64,000 nucleotides of DNA from Candidatus Bathyarchaeota archaeon. GTDB taxonomy: Archaea > Thermoproteota > Bathyarchaeia > Bathyarchaeales > Bathycorpusculaceae. How positions within the stretch are numbered: the stretch's first letter is position 1; each line of letters starts with the position of its first letter. The notes beneath the pieces were generated by a model. The model worked only from the letters and a program-made list of their open reading frames with translations, did not search any database and had not been told where the DNA came from. Location of the stretch: positions 1,888,001-1,952,000 of the forward strand of contig CAVZJV010000014.1 in assembly GCA_963775685.1 (NCBI GenBank), written 5' to 3'. The position numbers and the translations under genes were made by a program. Positions 1-9,064 of the stretch are shown one piece after another.

Positions 1-675
1 AGCAACTAAAAACATCGTTGGCAACGATTCTTTAAGGATTTTTAAAAACTCTGTTTCCCGTCCAACCTTTGGAATTATTATTAAGACTAATGATACATCA
101 ATGAGTCCAAAGGCTATTATCATCCACTTGCCAAATGAACCTGAAAAATAAAGATTCAGTACAATAGTATATAGTAATGTTATTACGATGTCAGCAATGG
201 TTGAAGTAGCAGGGTAAAGAATTGTGTCAGGGTCTAGACTTTTCTTAAACGAGAAAAAAGTAATTTTTATTGAAATTAATGTAGTTAGCAACCCCAAGGA
301 AAGGGTTGCAACCATAACTGTCAAAATAGCTGGAAACTCTGTTATGGTTATTCCCCAAAACAAGCTACCGAAAATCAACGAAATCGCGCTTATGGTTGTG
401 CTTGTCGCCAATGACAATACGACAATTCCTCCAATTAGCCTATAAAAACTCTTTGAGTTCCCAAAGAACTTAGGAGAAACTGTTCCTAAATGCAACGCCG
501 TGCTCAACCGGCCTGTAAGCAAACCTGTCATAACGCCCTTCACGCTTACAACTGCTGGGTATAACGCTATCGCCCAGGGTGACAATTGAAAAATGCCCAG
601 CTCTAATGCAATCGCAAAACCAGCAATTAAACCGCCGACGTCAAAAAGACATGCAAGTGTGGTCTCTTTGAACAT
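1..675 (-). CDS. MgtE/SLC41-type divalent cation transporter, membrane domain (runs off the window start)
   Basis: Manual translation of the minus strand from ATG at 675 gives MFKETTLACLFDVGGLIAG...KGVMTGLLTGRLSTALHLG. It is hydrophobic and carries the RLSTALHLG motif typical of MgtE/SLC41. It is absent from the ORF track because there is no stop in the window. Confidence 0.75.
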   Translation of the reverse strand, partial: MFKETTLACLFDVGGLIAGFAIALELGIFQLSPWAIALYPAVVSVKGVMTGLLTGRLSTALHLGTVSPKFFGNSKSFYRLIGGIVVLSLATSTTISAISLIFGSLFWGITITEFPAILTVMVATLSLGLLTTLISIKITFFSFKKSLDPDTILYPATSTIADIVITLLYTIVLNLYFSGSFGKWMIIAFGLIDVSLVLIIIPKVGRETEFLKILKESLPTMFLVA

Positions 676-972
676 TCCAAAGAAACTTTTAGAGAGACCA
701 GCATGAGTGATCTTGGCAGCCTCCTAGCACCTGTAAATTTTTAGGTTGGAGAATTTGCATATCCAAGGCTTCATTTGAAGGCTCTGGGTGTTCATCATAT
801 CTAGTGAAGTTGATGCTGTAACCGCTTTGGTCGAATTCGGAGAGTTGTGGACTCCATTCATCTTTTGTGCCTCCAAGACTGTTTTGGCGGTCCACGTCAC
901 CAAACGCTGTGTTTGCGGGCTGCCAAAGCCGCTTTTTACTGCCTGTTAAAGTTTTTGAAAGACAACTATTGC

Positions 973-3051
973 TTAAAGGGTTTTTGGTTGATAGACGCAC
1001 CAAGGGTCCTCAGTTAAATAATCACTTTTTACCTCGACTGGTACATGCAAATCCCCACAATAATCGATGAAGTCACTTGAAAGTCCATAAGCCCGTGCAC
1101 GGCATCCGCCACATAAGGCGCGGTATTCGCACTCTCTGCATTTGCCCTTAAGGGAGTTGGGGTCACGGAGAGCTTTGAATATGGGTGAATCAAACCAGAT
1201 TTCTTTGAAGCTTTTTTCCCTCACGTTCCCAAGCTTTATTGGCAAATAGGGGCAAGGTGTGACGTCACCGTTGGGGTAGATGCGGCAGTAGTATAAGCCT
1301 GCCAAGCAACCGCGGATCCATTGTCTCATGTCTAAACCCATGCCTTTGGCGATGCGCATAAACTGGGGAGCACATGAGGGTCTTACGTTTAGCTTGTGTT
1401 TTGCAACTTTTGCGAAGGTTTTTGTTATCATGTCTTCGTATTTTTGGGGCGAAATATCTTCTAGTTTGGTGCCACGACCTGTTGGAACAAGGAAGAACAT
1501 GTGAAAATTTTCAACGCCAATTTCCTCCGCTAAACTCATGATGTCGTCGATTTGGTTATAGTTCTGCTGAGTTAGCGTAGTATTCACTTGGACGAGCACG
1601 TTATTTTTCCTTAGTGATTTGCAGGCGTTAACTGCTTTTTCCCATGCCCCCACAACACCTCGGAACTCGTCGTGTTGAGCGGGAATATGAGAGTCTAAGC
1701 TGATTGAAACTGTCGCTATACCCGCTGCCTTAAGTTTAGCCGCTACGATATCGTCGATGAAGCTTCCGTTGCTTCCCAACCCCATCTTCAAACTCTTAGA
1801 TGCGCCATATTGGATAAGTTCATAGATGTCTGGGCGTAGGAGAGGTTCGCCGCCGCTTAGTATAAGCAGAGGTTTGCTAACTTGGCAAATTTGGTCCATT
1901 AGGTTTTTGCCCTCTTGAGTGGACAGTTCATCGGTTAGTTTCTTATCTGTGGCGTTAATGTAGCAGTGGCTGCATTTCATGTTACACTCTCTGGTTACGT
2001 TCCATGACATGACCAGGGGAACAAACGGTTCCGATGTCTTTGCTTCTGGTGAATGTGCAAGTTTTAGGTAGAACTCACAGTTGCCGTGCGTTGCTATAAG
2101 TTTAGGTTGCCACAGCGTGAAGGGGAAGGGCAAAACTGTGTCCAGCATGGCTTTGGCGTGTGCAAAACAGAAGTGAGAACAGAACAGCGCCGAAACCTTG
2201 TCGCTTACGCCGTATTTTTCAGCGGCATACTTGTGGCTTCCATAAATTGGGCAATTTAAAAATTCCATATTTCCATCAAGGGTTTCGTTGCTCATAGTCA
2301 TGTTGATGAAGTGGTCGCTTAGCATGACTGACTGCAGTTTTTCTCGGCGCATACCAACTTTAAGCGTTACATCAAGGGCTATGCTGACCGTCTCTCGACC
2401 GAACTTGTCCTGCACTCGCGCCATCGCTTCCTCCAGTGCTTGAACCCCGCTGGTTTTGGCTAGTTCAGCCGTAACCAACATGCCTTTGATTGTTTCGTAC
2501 TCTTGGATAAGCCGCACCCTAATGATTTGCACTGCCCATGCCTCAAACAGCTTTTCAAACGCCTTACAAGCATTTTGGTCATTGTTGTTTAGCAGGGTTT
2601 CGACTTTGCTGTTTTCTTGTTTCAGCTTGTTAAAAAGAGCTATTTTCTCTTCTGACACTAATCTTTTGCTTGAAGCAATTCCCTCAAAATCCATGTGGGA
2701 AACTGCTTTTTTGGTGAGTTCTTTGGCGTCAGACTCAAAATCGGCGTAAATCTTACATAACTTCGCTGAAACATCAGGCAACTCATTCTTCAACTCTTTA
2801 AGGAGCACTTGGGTTTCCGACTCCATCTTGGTAACCATAGCCATATGGTACAAAAGCGAACCAGCCATACCTGGGTCAGCTTGTTTGCCCCCCATTGCCC
2901 CGGGGAAAATTTGGTTAAACAACCGCTTTGCCAAATCAAAATCTTGGTTCTCGATGGCGGATTGGGCTTCGCTGAGTTTTTGTCGGCGACCAAGTAAGAG
3001 TTGAGCCCATTTATGGCAATGCCTAACATCAAAGTTTGTGACTGTATCCAC
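973..3051 (-). CDS. Radical SAM/SPASM protein of the NirJ/Ahb (heme biosynthesis) type with a ~340-aa N-terminal extension
   Basis: WNVTRECNMKCSHCY (CxxxCxxC), SGGEPLLRPD, and C-terminal SPASM cysteines (GCLAG..YC, PCPY, CRECEYRALCGGCRARAY, EDPWCVY). Confidence 0.85.
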   Translation of the reverse strand: MDTVTNFDVRHCHKWAQLLLGRRQKLSEAQSAIENQDFDLAKRLFNQIFPGAMGGKQADPGMAGSLLYHMAMVTKMESETQVLLKELKNELPDVSAKLCKIYADFESDAKELTKKAVSHMDFEGIASSKRLVSEEKIALFNKLKQENSKVETLLNNNDQNACKAFEKLFEAWAVQIIRVRLIQEYETIKGMLVTAELAKTSGVQALEEAMARVQDKFGRETVSIALDVTLKVGMRREKLQSVMLSDHFINMTMSNETLDGNMEFLNCPIYGSHKYAAEKYGVSDKVSALFCSHFCFAHAKAMLDTVLPFPFTLWQPKLIATHGNCEFYLKLAHSPEAKTSEPFVPLVMSWNVTRECNMKCSHCYINATDKKLTDELSTQEGKNLMDQICQVSKPLLILSGGEPLLRPDIYELIQYGASKSLKMGLGSNGSFIDDIVAAKLKAAGIATVSISLDSHIPAQHDEFRGVVGAWEKAVNACKSLRKNNVLVQVNTTLTQQNYNQIDDIMSLAEEIGVENFHMFFLVPTGRGTKLEDISPQKYEDMITKTFAKVAKHKLNVRPSCAPQFMRIAKGMGLDMRQWIRGCLAGLYYCRIYPNGDVTPCPYLPIKLGNVREKSFKEIWFDSPIFKALRDPNSLKGKCRECEYRALCGGCRARAYGLSSDFIDYCGDLHVPVEVKSDYLTEDPWCVYQPKTL

Positions 3052-3167
3052 GCCCTTAAGGCTAAGATTCGCTGTTGAGAGTAATAAAAGCTAGCGGTAC
3101 TCAAGCAGCTTTAGTAATAATGTATCTTTAACTCTGTTGAAGTTTCGATAGCCTAATTAAGCTCTAA

Positions 3168-3494
3168 ATGGAACATAGCCAGCTTAGATGGGTGAACCGT
3201 GTGGATCTAAACTTCAATTTAATTTACGCTTTAGTTGGCTTCCTAATCATGTTAGGTATGCTTGGCGGCATCGGCATCAACAAGCCTCGTGGAATGAGCG
3301 TTAAAATGTGGTGCGTAGGCTACTTGGCAGTCGCGTTAGGTTTTGACGCATTAGCTGTTGTAGGACTAGTTGGGGGATATACTTGGTTGACTTATTTGCT
3401 TGTCGGACTCTCAGCGGGCGCAGCAACAGGCTTAGCATTGCACGTCATGCACCACATCAACGAAGAAGATGCACACCCAACCTTCATGAGCTAA
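3168..3494 (+). CDS. Small membrane protein (about 3 TM helices); true start may be the GTG near 3200
   Basis: ORF with three hydrophobic stretches and a His-rich C-terminus (HVMHH), divergent from the radical SAM gene. Confidence 0.6.
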   Translation: MEHSQLRWVNRVDLNFNLIYALVGFLIMLGMLGGIGINKPRGMSVKMWCVGYLAVALGFDALAVVGLVGGYTWLTYLLVGLSAGAATGLALHVMHHINEEDAHPTFMS

Positions 3495-3586
3495 ACACTC
3501 ACTTTTTCTAATACTATATTCTTAACGTCCAGCAAAGATTCTATATAGTTATTCAGCGCTAACTAACAAACAGTTGTGAAGGAAAG

Positions 3587-4349
3587 ATGCGAAAAATAAT
3601 TGTTGCTGCCTTAACAGCAATCCTAATAATCGTAGTCAGAGGATACTCGGCTGGATCTACTTTAGGTAACCAAAACCCAGCAGACACAAAACCCACTACT
3701 CCTTCAGTGGAACAAATCCGAGACCAAACCATGCTCTCTCTACATTTGGTCTACTATCCTGATACCTTGCCGCTTATGCCAGGACCTCAACTGGAGCGGT
3801 GGTAGACAAGAAACTGGGTCAGTCGGCTCAGAAAAATATGCATACTGTAACGGAAATTGGGCAATCAAAATTCAGTATCCTGTTGCGCCTATCCCAATTT
3901 ATGACGTAACAACTAATTTTACTTCGGAAAACACAGTGGTTGCATGGAGTGGAACCTACCAAAACGATATGCTAACAGAAACAAACAGCGTACTGGACGT
4001 AACCCATTTCGTTGCTTTTACTCAGGAGCAGGTTAGGGCTTTATCGGTGTCTTATATCAAAGACAAACCACCCTCAACCGCGCAGTACATGAATAGCCTC
4101 ATGTGGACAGGCGGAAGAATGGACATCGGCATGATGCTTGGTTCAGATATTTATTCCTACCAGAGTTCAGGGTGGAACCAAATGCTGCAGTACCCCGTTG
4201 TACCAAACCCCATCTACCGTATAACGGTCCAGTACGAGCCGTTGCAATCGTATTTTGCACAAACCTCTTCGGCAAGAGCCATTGTATTATGGCAGGGCCC
4301 TATGCACAACGGAACCATACACCAAACCGCCTACAACTTCAACCCCTAA
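3587..4349 (+). pseudogene. Secreted two-repeat protein split by a frameshift near 3785
   Basis: ORF 3587-3805 has a signal peptide. The frame of ORF 3936-4349 extends upstream as NWSGGRQETGSVGSEKYAY...QYPVAPIPIY, which repeats the downstream WTGGRMDIGMMLGSDIYSY...QYPVVPNPIY. Confidence 0.6.
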
Positions 4350-4388
4350 CACTCAAGCTGAATAGAAGAGTTAACCTGTAGGCGATTG

Positions 4389-5363
4389 TTAGAAAGTTGA
4401 TATGAACTCTCTTTGAAGCGGCCAAACAGTAAATAACCTATTTACTCCAACTTCCATTTTCATTAATCCCGGCAAACTTGCAATCTGTTCTTGGGTATCT
4501 ATAAACTGATTGATGTCTTTTATCATAAAACTGAATGTATAATCAAAGTTGCCGCTTGATTTAGTTATGAAATTTATGTCCTGTATTTTGGACAGAATTT
4601 CGGTGTTACGTTCCAATGTTTCATGAGAAAATGATACATAAAAAATTGCATACGCATAATATCCAATCTTAGTTGGATTTATCTGAATTACAACTTTGAG
4701 GTCTCTATTTTCCTTTAGTCTCTCATACCTTCTAACAACAGTGTCGGTTGAAACACCCAACGGCTTAGCAATCTTTTCAAAAGATATGTGGCCGTCTATT
4801 GCTAGTTTCTCTATAATCTTTGTGTCAATGTTGTCAATCTTTGTTTCGACCTTTTTTTCAGGTAAGATTTCCTTTCTGAAGACCGTTTTGGATTCTTGTT
4901 CTTGGGTGTTAAGAATTGACAGGTTCTCTGGCGTGGTTCTTGTACCTATCCACACCCTCACATCAGTTGCGAGGATAAAAGGCAACCGCTGGATTGAGTG
5001 TTTAGCCTCTTCTAGTTCTTCAATGCTCTTCAAAATTGCCACCGCAGCAACCGTTTGATTTACAACTCGGGAGTAGACGTGAAAAACGTGCGGTATTCTC
5101 TTAACAGACGTAATAGCGCAGTCTAATTTACCGCGCTGAAAATTAATGAGAATAGTTGCAACGAATTTGCCCAGATAACAAGTGTAACTGTTTTGAATTG
5201 TTGCTCCAACGATTATGCCTTTTTTCTCCATTTGTTTATAACGTTTGGAAATAACATCTTTTGTTGTGTTGCATTTTGGCGCGATTTCTGCAAAGGTCTT
5301 TCGTCCATCTATTAGAAGTTCCTTTAGGATTTTTTTGTCGATTTCGTCAATTACGGGCTTCAT
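4389..5363 (-). CDS. Tandem (double HTH + RAM) Lrp/AsnC-family transcription regulator
   Basis: Two Lrp HTH units (IDEIDKKILKELLIDGRKTFAEIA and IDNIDTKIIEKLAIDGHISFEKIA), each followed by an AsnC ligand domain. C-terminus is WPLQREFISTF. Confidence 0.9.
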   Translation of the reverse strand: MKPVIDEIDKKILKELLIDGRKTFAEIAPKCNTTKDVISKRYKQMEKKGIIVGATIQNSYTCYLGKFVATILINFQRGKLDCAITSVKRIPHVFHVYSRVVNQTVAAVAILKSIEELEEAKHSIQRLPFILATDVRVWIGTRTTPENLSILNTQEQESKTVFRKEILPEKKVETKIDNIDTKIIEKLAIDGHISFEKIAKPLGVSTDTVVRRYERLKENRDLKVVIQINPTKIGYYAYAIFYVSFSHETLERNTEILSKIQDINFITKSSGNFDYTFSFMIKDINQFIDTQEQIASLPGLMKMEVGVNRLFTVWPLQREFISTF

Positions 5364-5575
5364 GACTGCTCTTATCGTTTTTACCTGCTTAATTAATTTA
5401 TTCTATTGACATCCTAAATAAATGGGCAAAAGATGCAAAATCCACATTAGTGGAAATAAATCTGTTTTATTTTCTACTTTTAAGGGTTTTGTCGTTGAAA
5501 ATGCTGAAAATAGGAAAAGCCTAAATAACTTGGCCGTTATCCTTTTTTTTTACAAAACATATAGGAAGGAAAAAC

Positions 5576-8416
5576 TTGAAAAACTTTAGTAAAACAGCAG
5601 CAATAGCAATTGCGATATTATTGACAATTTCAATAGGAACTTCAATGATTCTAATACCTCAAGCGAACGCCCACAACCCGGGCTACCAGATTCCAACGTT
5701 TGCTTACATTGCCGTTCATCCTGACCCAATCGGTGTTGGCCAGACAGTTAACGTTTTCATGTGGCTCAACCAAATCTTCGGAGTAGGCTTGGGTGACTCA
5801 AGCAGCTATGCACTACTATCCAACAACTACAGATTCCACAACTACAATTTCACTGTCGTTGCTCCAGACGGCACTGTTAAAACGACAATTTTCGAAACTG
5901 TTTCAGACACTACATCAAACCAAATAACAAGTTTCACACCCGACCAAACTGGTACATACACGTTAATATTTAGTTTCCCAGGACAAACATACACAGCAAG
6001 CAACGGTAATCCCAACAGTGCAATTGTCAACGACACATATCTGCCAAGCAGCGCAACAACAACACTTACTGTTCAATCAGAAGCAGTACCTGCCGCTATA
6101 GGTAGCTCACCATTGCCAACCGCTTACTGGACACGTCCAATCTACGGCGAAAACACTGACTGGTGGACTATATCCTCAAACTGGCTAGGCGCAGGCTCAG
6201 CGGTTAACCCCGCAGTAGGTTCAGGCGTGGTCTCTGCTTTCTCTACAGGTCCCCCACAAAACTCGTGGGGAGCAATCATGAGTCGAAATCCAGGTGACGC
6301 TATAGGATCCCTGTCTAGCCACGTAATTTGGACTAAGCCGATTCAAAGTGGTGGAGTCGTCGGAGGCAACATGTACTATGATGGTGGTGGATATCCAGGA
6401 ACAGGTCAAGGTGTTGGCTACTACGAAGGCACTGCATACGAGCAACGATACATTAACCCGATAATCATGGACGGTATACTCTACTACATGGCACCATTAG
6501 GATTCGATGCTCCAAGCTATGGACCATTGACCGCCCTTAATCTGCAAACTGGAGAAGTTGTTTGGACCAGCAATACATTGCCAGCGCCATCATTCGGATA
6601 CATATACAACCTCTGGGACCCTGACGAACACGGAACCTTCCCACCAATACTTATTTGCCCACTCGGATCTACATGGGAAATGGTCGATGGATTCACTGGA
6701 ACCGTACTGTTTAACGTGACTGGTGTTCCATCAGGCTACGTGGCAGCAGGCCCATCAGGCGAACAACTAAGATACGTCTTACAGAACAAAGGTACAACCG
6801 CAAACCCGAACTGGTACTTGGCAGAATGGAATTCATCAAGAATTTGGCAATACGACATTAACCCATTCACAGGTGCAGGAAGTGTTTCACCAGCAATCAT
6901 CAATGCAAGCACCGCATCATCATTAGTTACAATATTTCCAGCTTCCAACCAAGCAGCCGCTCAAAATACGCTCATTGTCCAAGCAAACGTAGGATTTGAC
7001 ACCATTGTACCAGGTACACTTTTGGACTCAACAAGGTATCCCTCAGAATGCACTTATGACTGGAACGTTTCAATACCCGAACTGAACAACCCAGGCGGAT
7101 CATCACCTTCAGTAATTGCAGGAATGTACAACAACGTTTTGATGACCTTGAACGGAACTCTACCAGCATCGCCAAGCAGCTTTAACGGAGCAGGCAGCTA
7201 TACACCTTACACCTACATGGCATTCGACCTAACCAACGGCCATGAAGGGGCATTTAAATGGATAAACACACTGCAACCAGTACCAGGCAACGTCACCGTT
7301 TACTACGCCGGAGTCGACCCGACAACTAACGTCTTCATAGAAGAAAACTATGAAACCTTGAATTGGGTTGGATACAGCCTGTTAACAGGACAAAAGATAT
7401 GGGGTCCAACTCCAGCTATGGAGTCGCTTGACTACTATGGTCAAACAGCGCCAAACGAATTCTGCGGTCAACTCGCCTTTGGTAACCTATACACAAGCGC
7501 ATTCGGCGGCACAGTATACTGCTACGATGATTCAACTGGAGAGCTAAAATGGACATATGGTAACGGTGGCGCAGGCAACAGCACTTTGGCAGGATTTAAC
7601 ACACCCTACGGCGATTATCCGACATTCATCCAAGCAGTTGGCAGCAATGGGGTGATTTACCTGGTTACAACAGAGCACACTGTAATCGACCCAATCTACA
7701 AAGGCGCAAAAGCACGAGCAATCAATGCCACAACAGGTGCAGAAATCTGGACAATTTCAGATTACACCAGCGAATTCACTCAAATGAGTTACATTATCGC
7801 AGATGGATATACAACGTTTTTCAACGGGTATGATGGACAAATCTACACTTTAGGCAGAGGACCAAGTCAAACGTCCGTTACAGCACCAAACGCAGGCTTA
7901 GACTCAGGACAGAGCGTAGTAATTCGCGGCATGGTCACAGATATTTCCACTGGCACAAAGCAGACTCAACAAGCAGCTGACTTCCCCAACGGCATTCCAG
8001 TTGCAGCAGACGCGATCATGGGTGACTGGATGGGCTATATCTACCAGCAGCAACCATTGCCAAGCAACTTCACAGGCGTTCAAGTAACAATTAACGTCAT
8101 CGACTCAAACGGCAACCAACGCACCATCGGCACAGCAACAACTGACAGCCAAGGAGTCTACACTCTAAGCTGGGCACCAGACATTCCAGGCGACTACAAA
8201 GTCATCGCAAACTTCGCAGGCACCAACAGCTACTGGCCATCAAGCGCTGAAACCTCATTCAACGTGATGGAAGCACACCCAACAGTCGCACCAACCACCC
8301 CACCACCACAATCAGCAGCTGACCTATACTTCGTTCCCGCAGTCGCAGGCTTATTCGTCCTGGTCATCATAGTATTAGCATTGCTAGTAGTTATGATGAT
8401 GAGAAAACGAGCATAG
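5576..8416 (+). CDS. Secreted, C-terminally anchored PQQ-like beta-propeller surface protein (paralog A)
   Basis: Signal peptide, PDPIGVGQ N-domain, repeated TGE..W propeller motifs, Ig-like C-domain (W.PDIPG.Y.V.A.F.G), P/T linker, TM helix and basic tail RKRA. Confidence 0.85.
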   Translation: MKNFSKTAAIAIAILLTISIGTSMILIPQANAHNPGYQIPTFAYIAVHPDPIGVGQTVNVFMWLNQIFGVGLGDSSSYALLSNNYRFHNYNFTVVAPDGTVKTTIFETVSDTTSNQITSFTPDQTGTYTLIFSFPGQTYTASNGNPNSAIVNDTYLPSSATTTLTVQSEAVPAAIGSSPLPTAYWTRPIYGENTDWWTISSNWLGAGSAVNPAVGSGVVSAFSTGPPQNSWGAIMSRNPGDAIGSLSSHVIWTKPIQSGGVVGGNMYYDGGGYPGTGQGVGYYEGTAYEQRYINPIIMDGILYYMAPLGFDAPSYGPLTALNLQTGEVVWTSNTLPAPSFGYIYNLWDPDEHGTFPPILICPLGSTWEMVDGFTGTVLFNVTGVPSGYVAAGPSGEQLRYVLQNKGTTANPNWYLAEWNSSRIWQYDINPFTGAGSVSPAIINASTASSLVTIFPASNQAAAQNTLIVQANVGFDTIVPGTLLDSTRYPSECTYDWNVSIPELNNPGGSSPSVIAGMYNNVLMTLNGTLPASPSSFNGAGSYTPYTYMAFDLTNGHEGAFKWINTLQPVPGNVTVYYAGVDPTTNVFIEENYETLNWVGYSLLTGQKIWGPTPAMESLDYYGQTAPNEFCGQLAFGNLYTSAFGGTVYCYDDSTGELKWTYGNGGAGNSTLAGFNTPYGDYPTFIQAVGSNGVIYLVTTEHTVIDPIYKGAKARAINATTGAEIWTISDYTSEFTQMSYIIADGYTTFFNGYDGQIYTLGRGPSQTSVTAPNAGLDSGQSVVIRGMVTDISTGTKQTQQAADFPNGIPVAADAIMGDWMGYIYQQQPLPSNFTGVQVTINVIDSNGNQRTIGTATTDSQGVYTLSWAPDIPGDYKVIANFAGTNSYWPSSAETSFNVMEAHPTVAPTTPPPQSAADLYFVPAVAGLFVLVIIVLALLVVMMMRKRA

Positions 8417-8435
8417 GAAAAGTCCATGAAAACAA

Positions 8436-8454
8436 TTTCCCTTTCCCTTTTTTT
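8436..8454 (+). terminator. Archaeal pyrimidine/oligo-T terminator of paralog A
   Basis: TTTCCCTTTCCCTTTTTTT 20 nt after the stop. Equivalent tracts follow the other three paralogs (14021-14034, 48242-48263, 51234-51251). Confidence 0.6.
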
Positions 8455-8490
8455 AGTCTTAAAATCTTAAAATAATTTGGATAACTTGTG

Positions 8491-8606
8491 GGGGCTGAAT
8501 AGGCTCTGACTGTGTTTCACGATGCTTAGCCATAGTTTTCGTGATGGAGCGTTTTTGCATTTCGCTCTTTCTCCTTAAGCTTGGTCTAGAGCCTCAGCAA
8601 ACCCTT
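8491..8606. ncRNA. Candidate structured small RNA, copy 1 (loops complementary to the 5' ends of paralogs C and D)
   Basis: Near-duplicate of 14072-14185. Outer stem GCTGA/TCAGC plus GGCTCT/AGAGCC plus GAC/GTC. Inner hairpins TCACGA/TCGTGA and GAGCG/CGCTC. No reading frame is conserved between copies. Confidence 0.65.
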
Positions 8607-9064
8607 ATGTATATCACTTAGAGCCAACCATATTAACCAATGCATATAGAAATGTAATCAACACTGCTTGAATTAGTGATTATCCATGAAATCATAATCT
8701 TAAATCCGAAATCTGCTAATACGACACCCAAAATATGCAAAGAGGTTTAAGAAGAAAAATGATAAACGTTGGAGAAACATATCTTATTGGTTTTTTCAAT
8801 TTATCTGAAATCTTTAGTGACACTATTTGAAGCAGTTGACGGACCAAGCTTAATCAACTCAAGATATCTCTGAACTGACTTATTCATAAAAACACCTATA
8901 GTGTGCCAGAAAGACTTCTGGAATAGCAAGATAGATGCGTACCGGCGTCATAATGCCATTATTGAATATAGCTTTCAAAGACTAAAATGTTTAGTCGGCA
9001 CCTTATAAAGAATTCAAGACTCATTAAAAATTTCTTAATTGTGTTTTTTCAGTAAAACGGTTTG

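Noticed and set aside
689-1003. 104-aa minus-strand ORF between the radical SAM and MgtE-like genes
   Set aside because: It overlaps the radical SAM stop and has no recognisable motif, so it cannot be supported as a gene.
8459-8560. Minus-strand RBS + ATG micro-ORF (MQKRSITKTMAK...) within the repeated element
   Set aside because: The frame and length are not conserved in copy 2 (20 aa, different sequence), so it is better explained as RNA. One caveat is that the assembly has indel errors.
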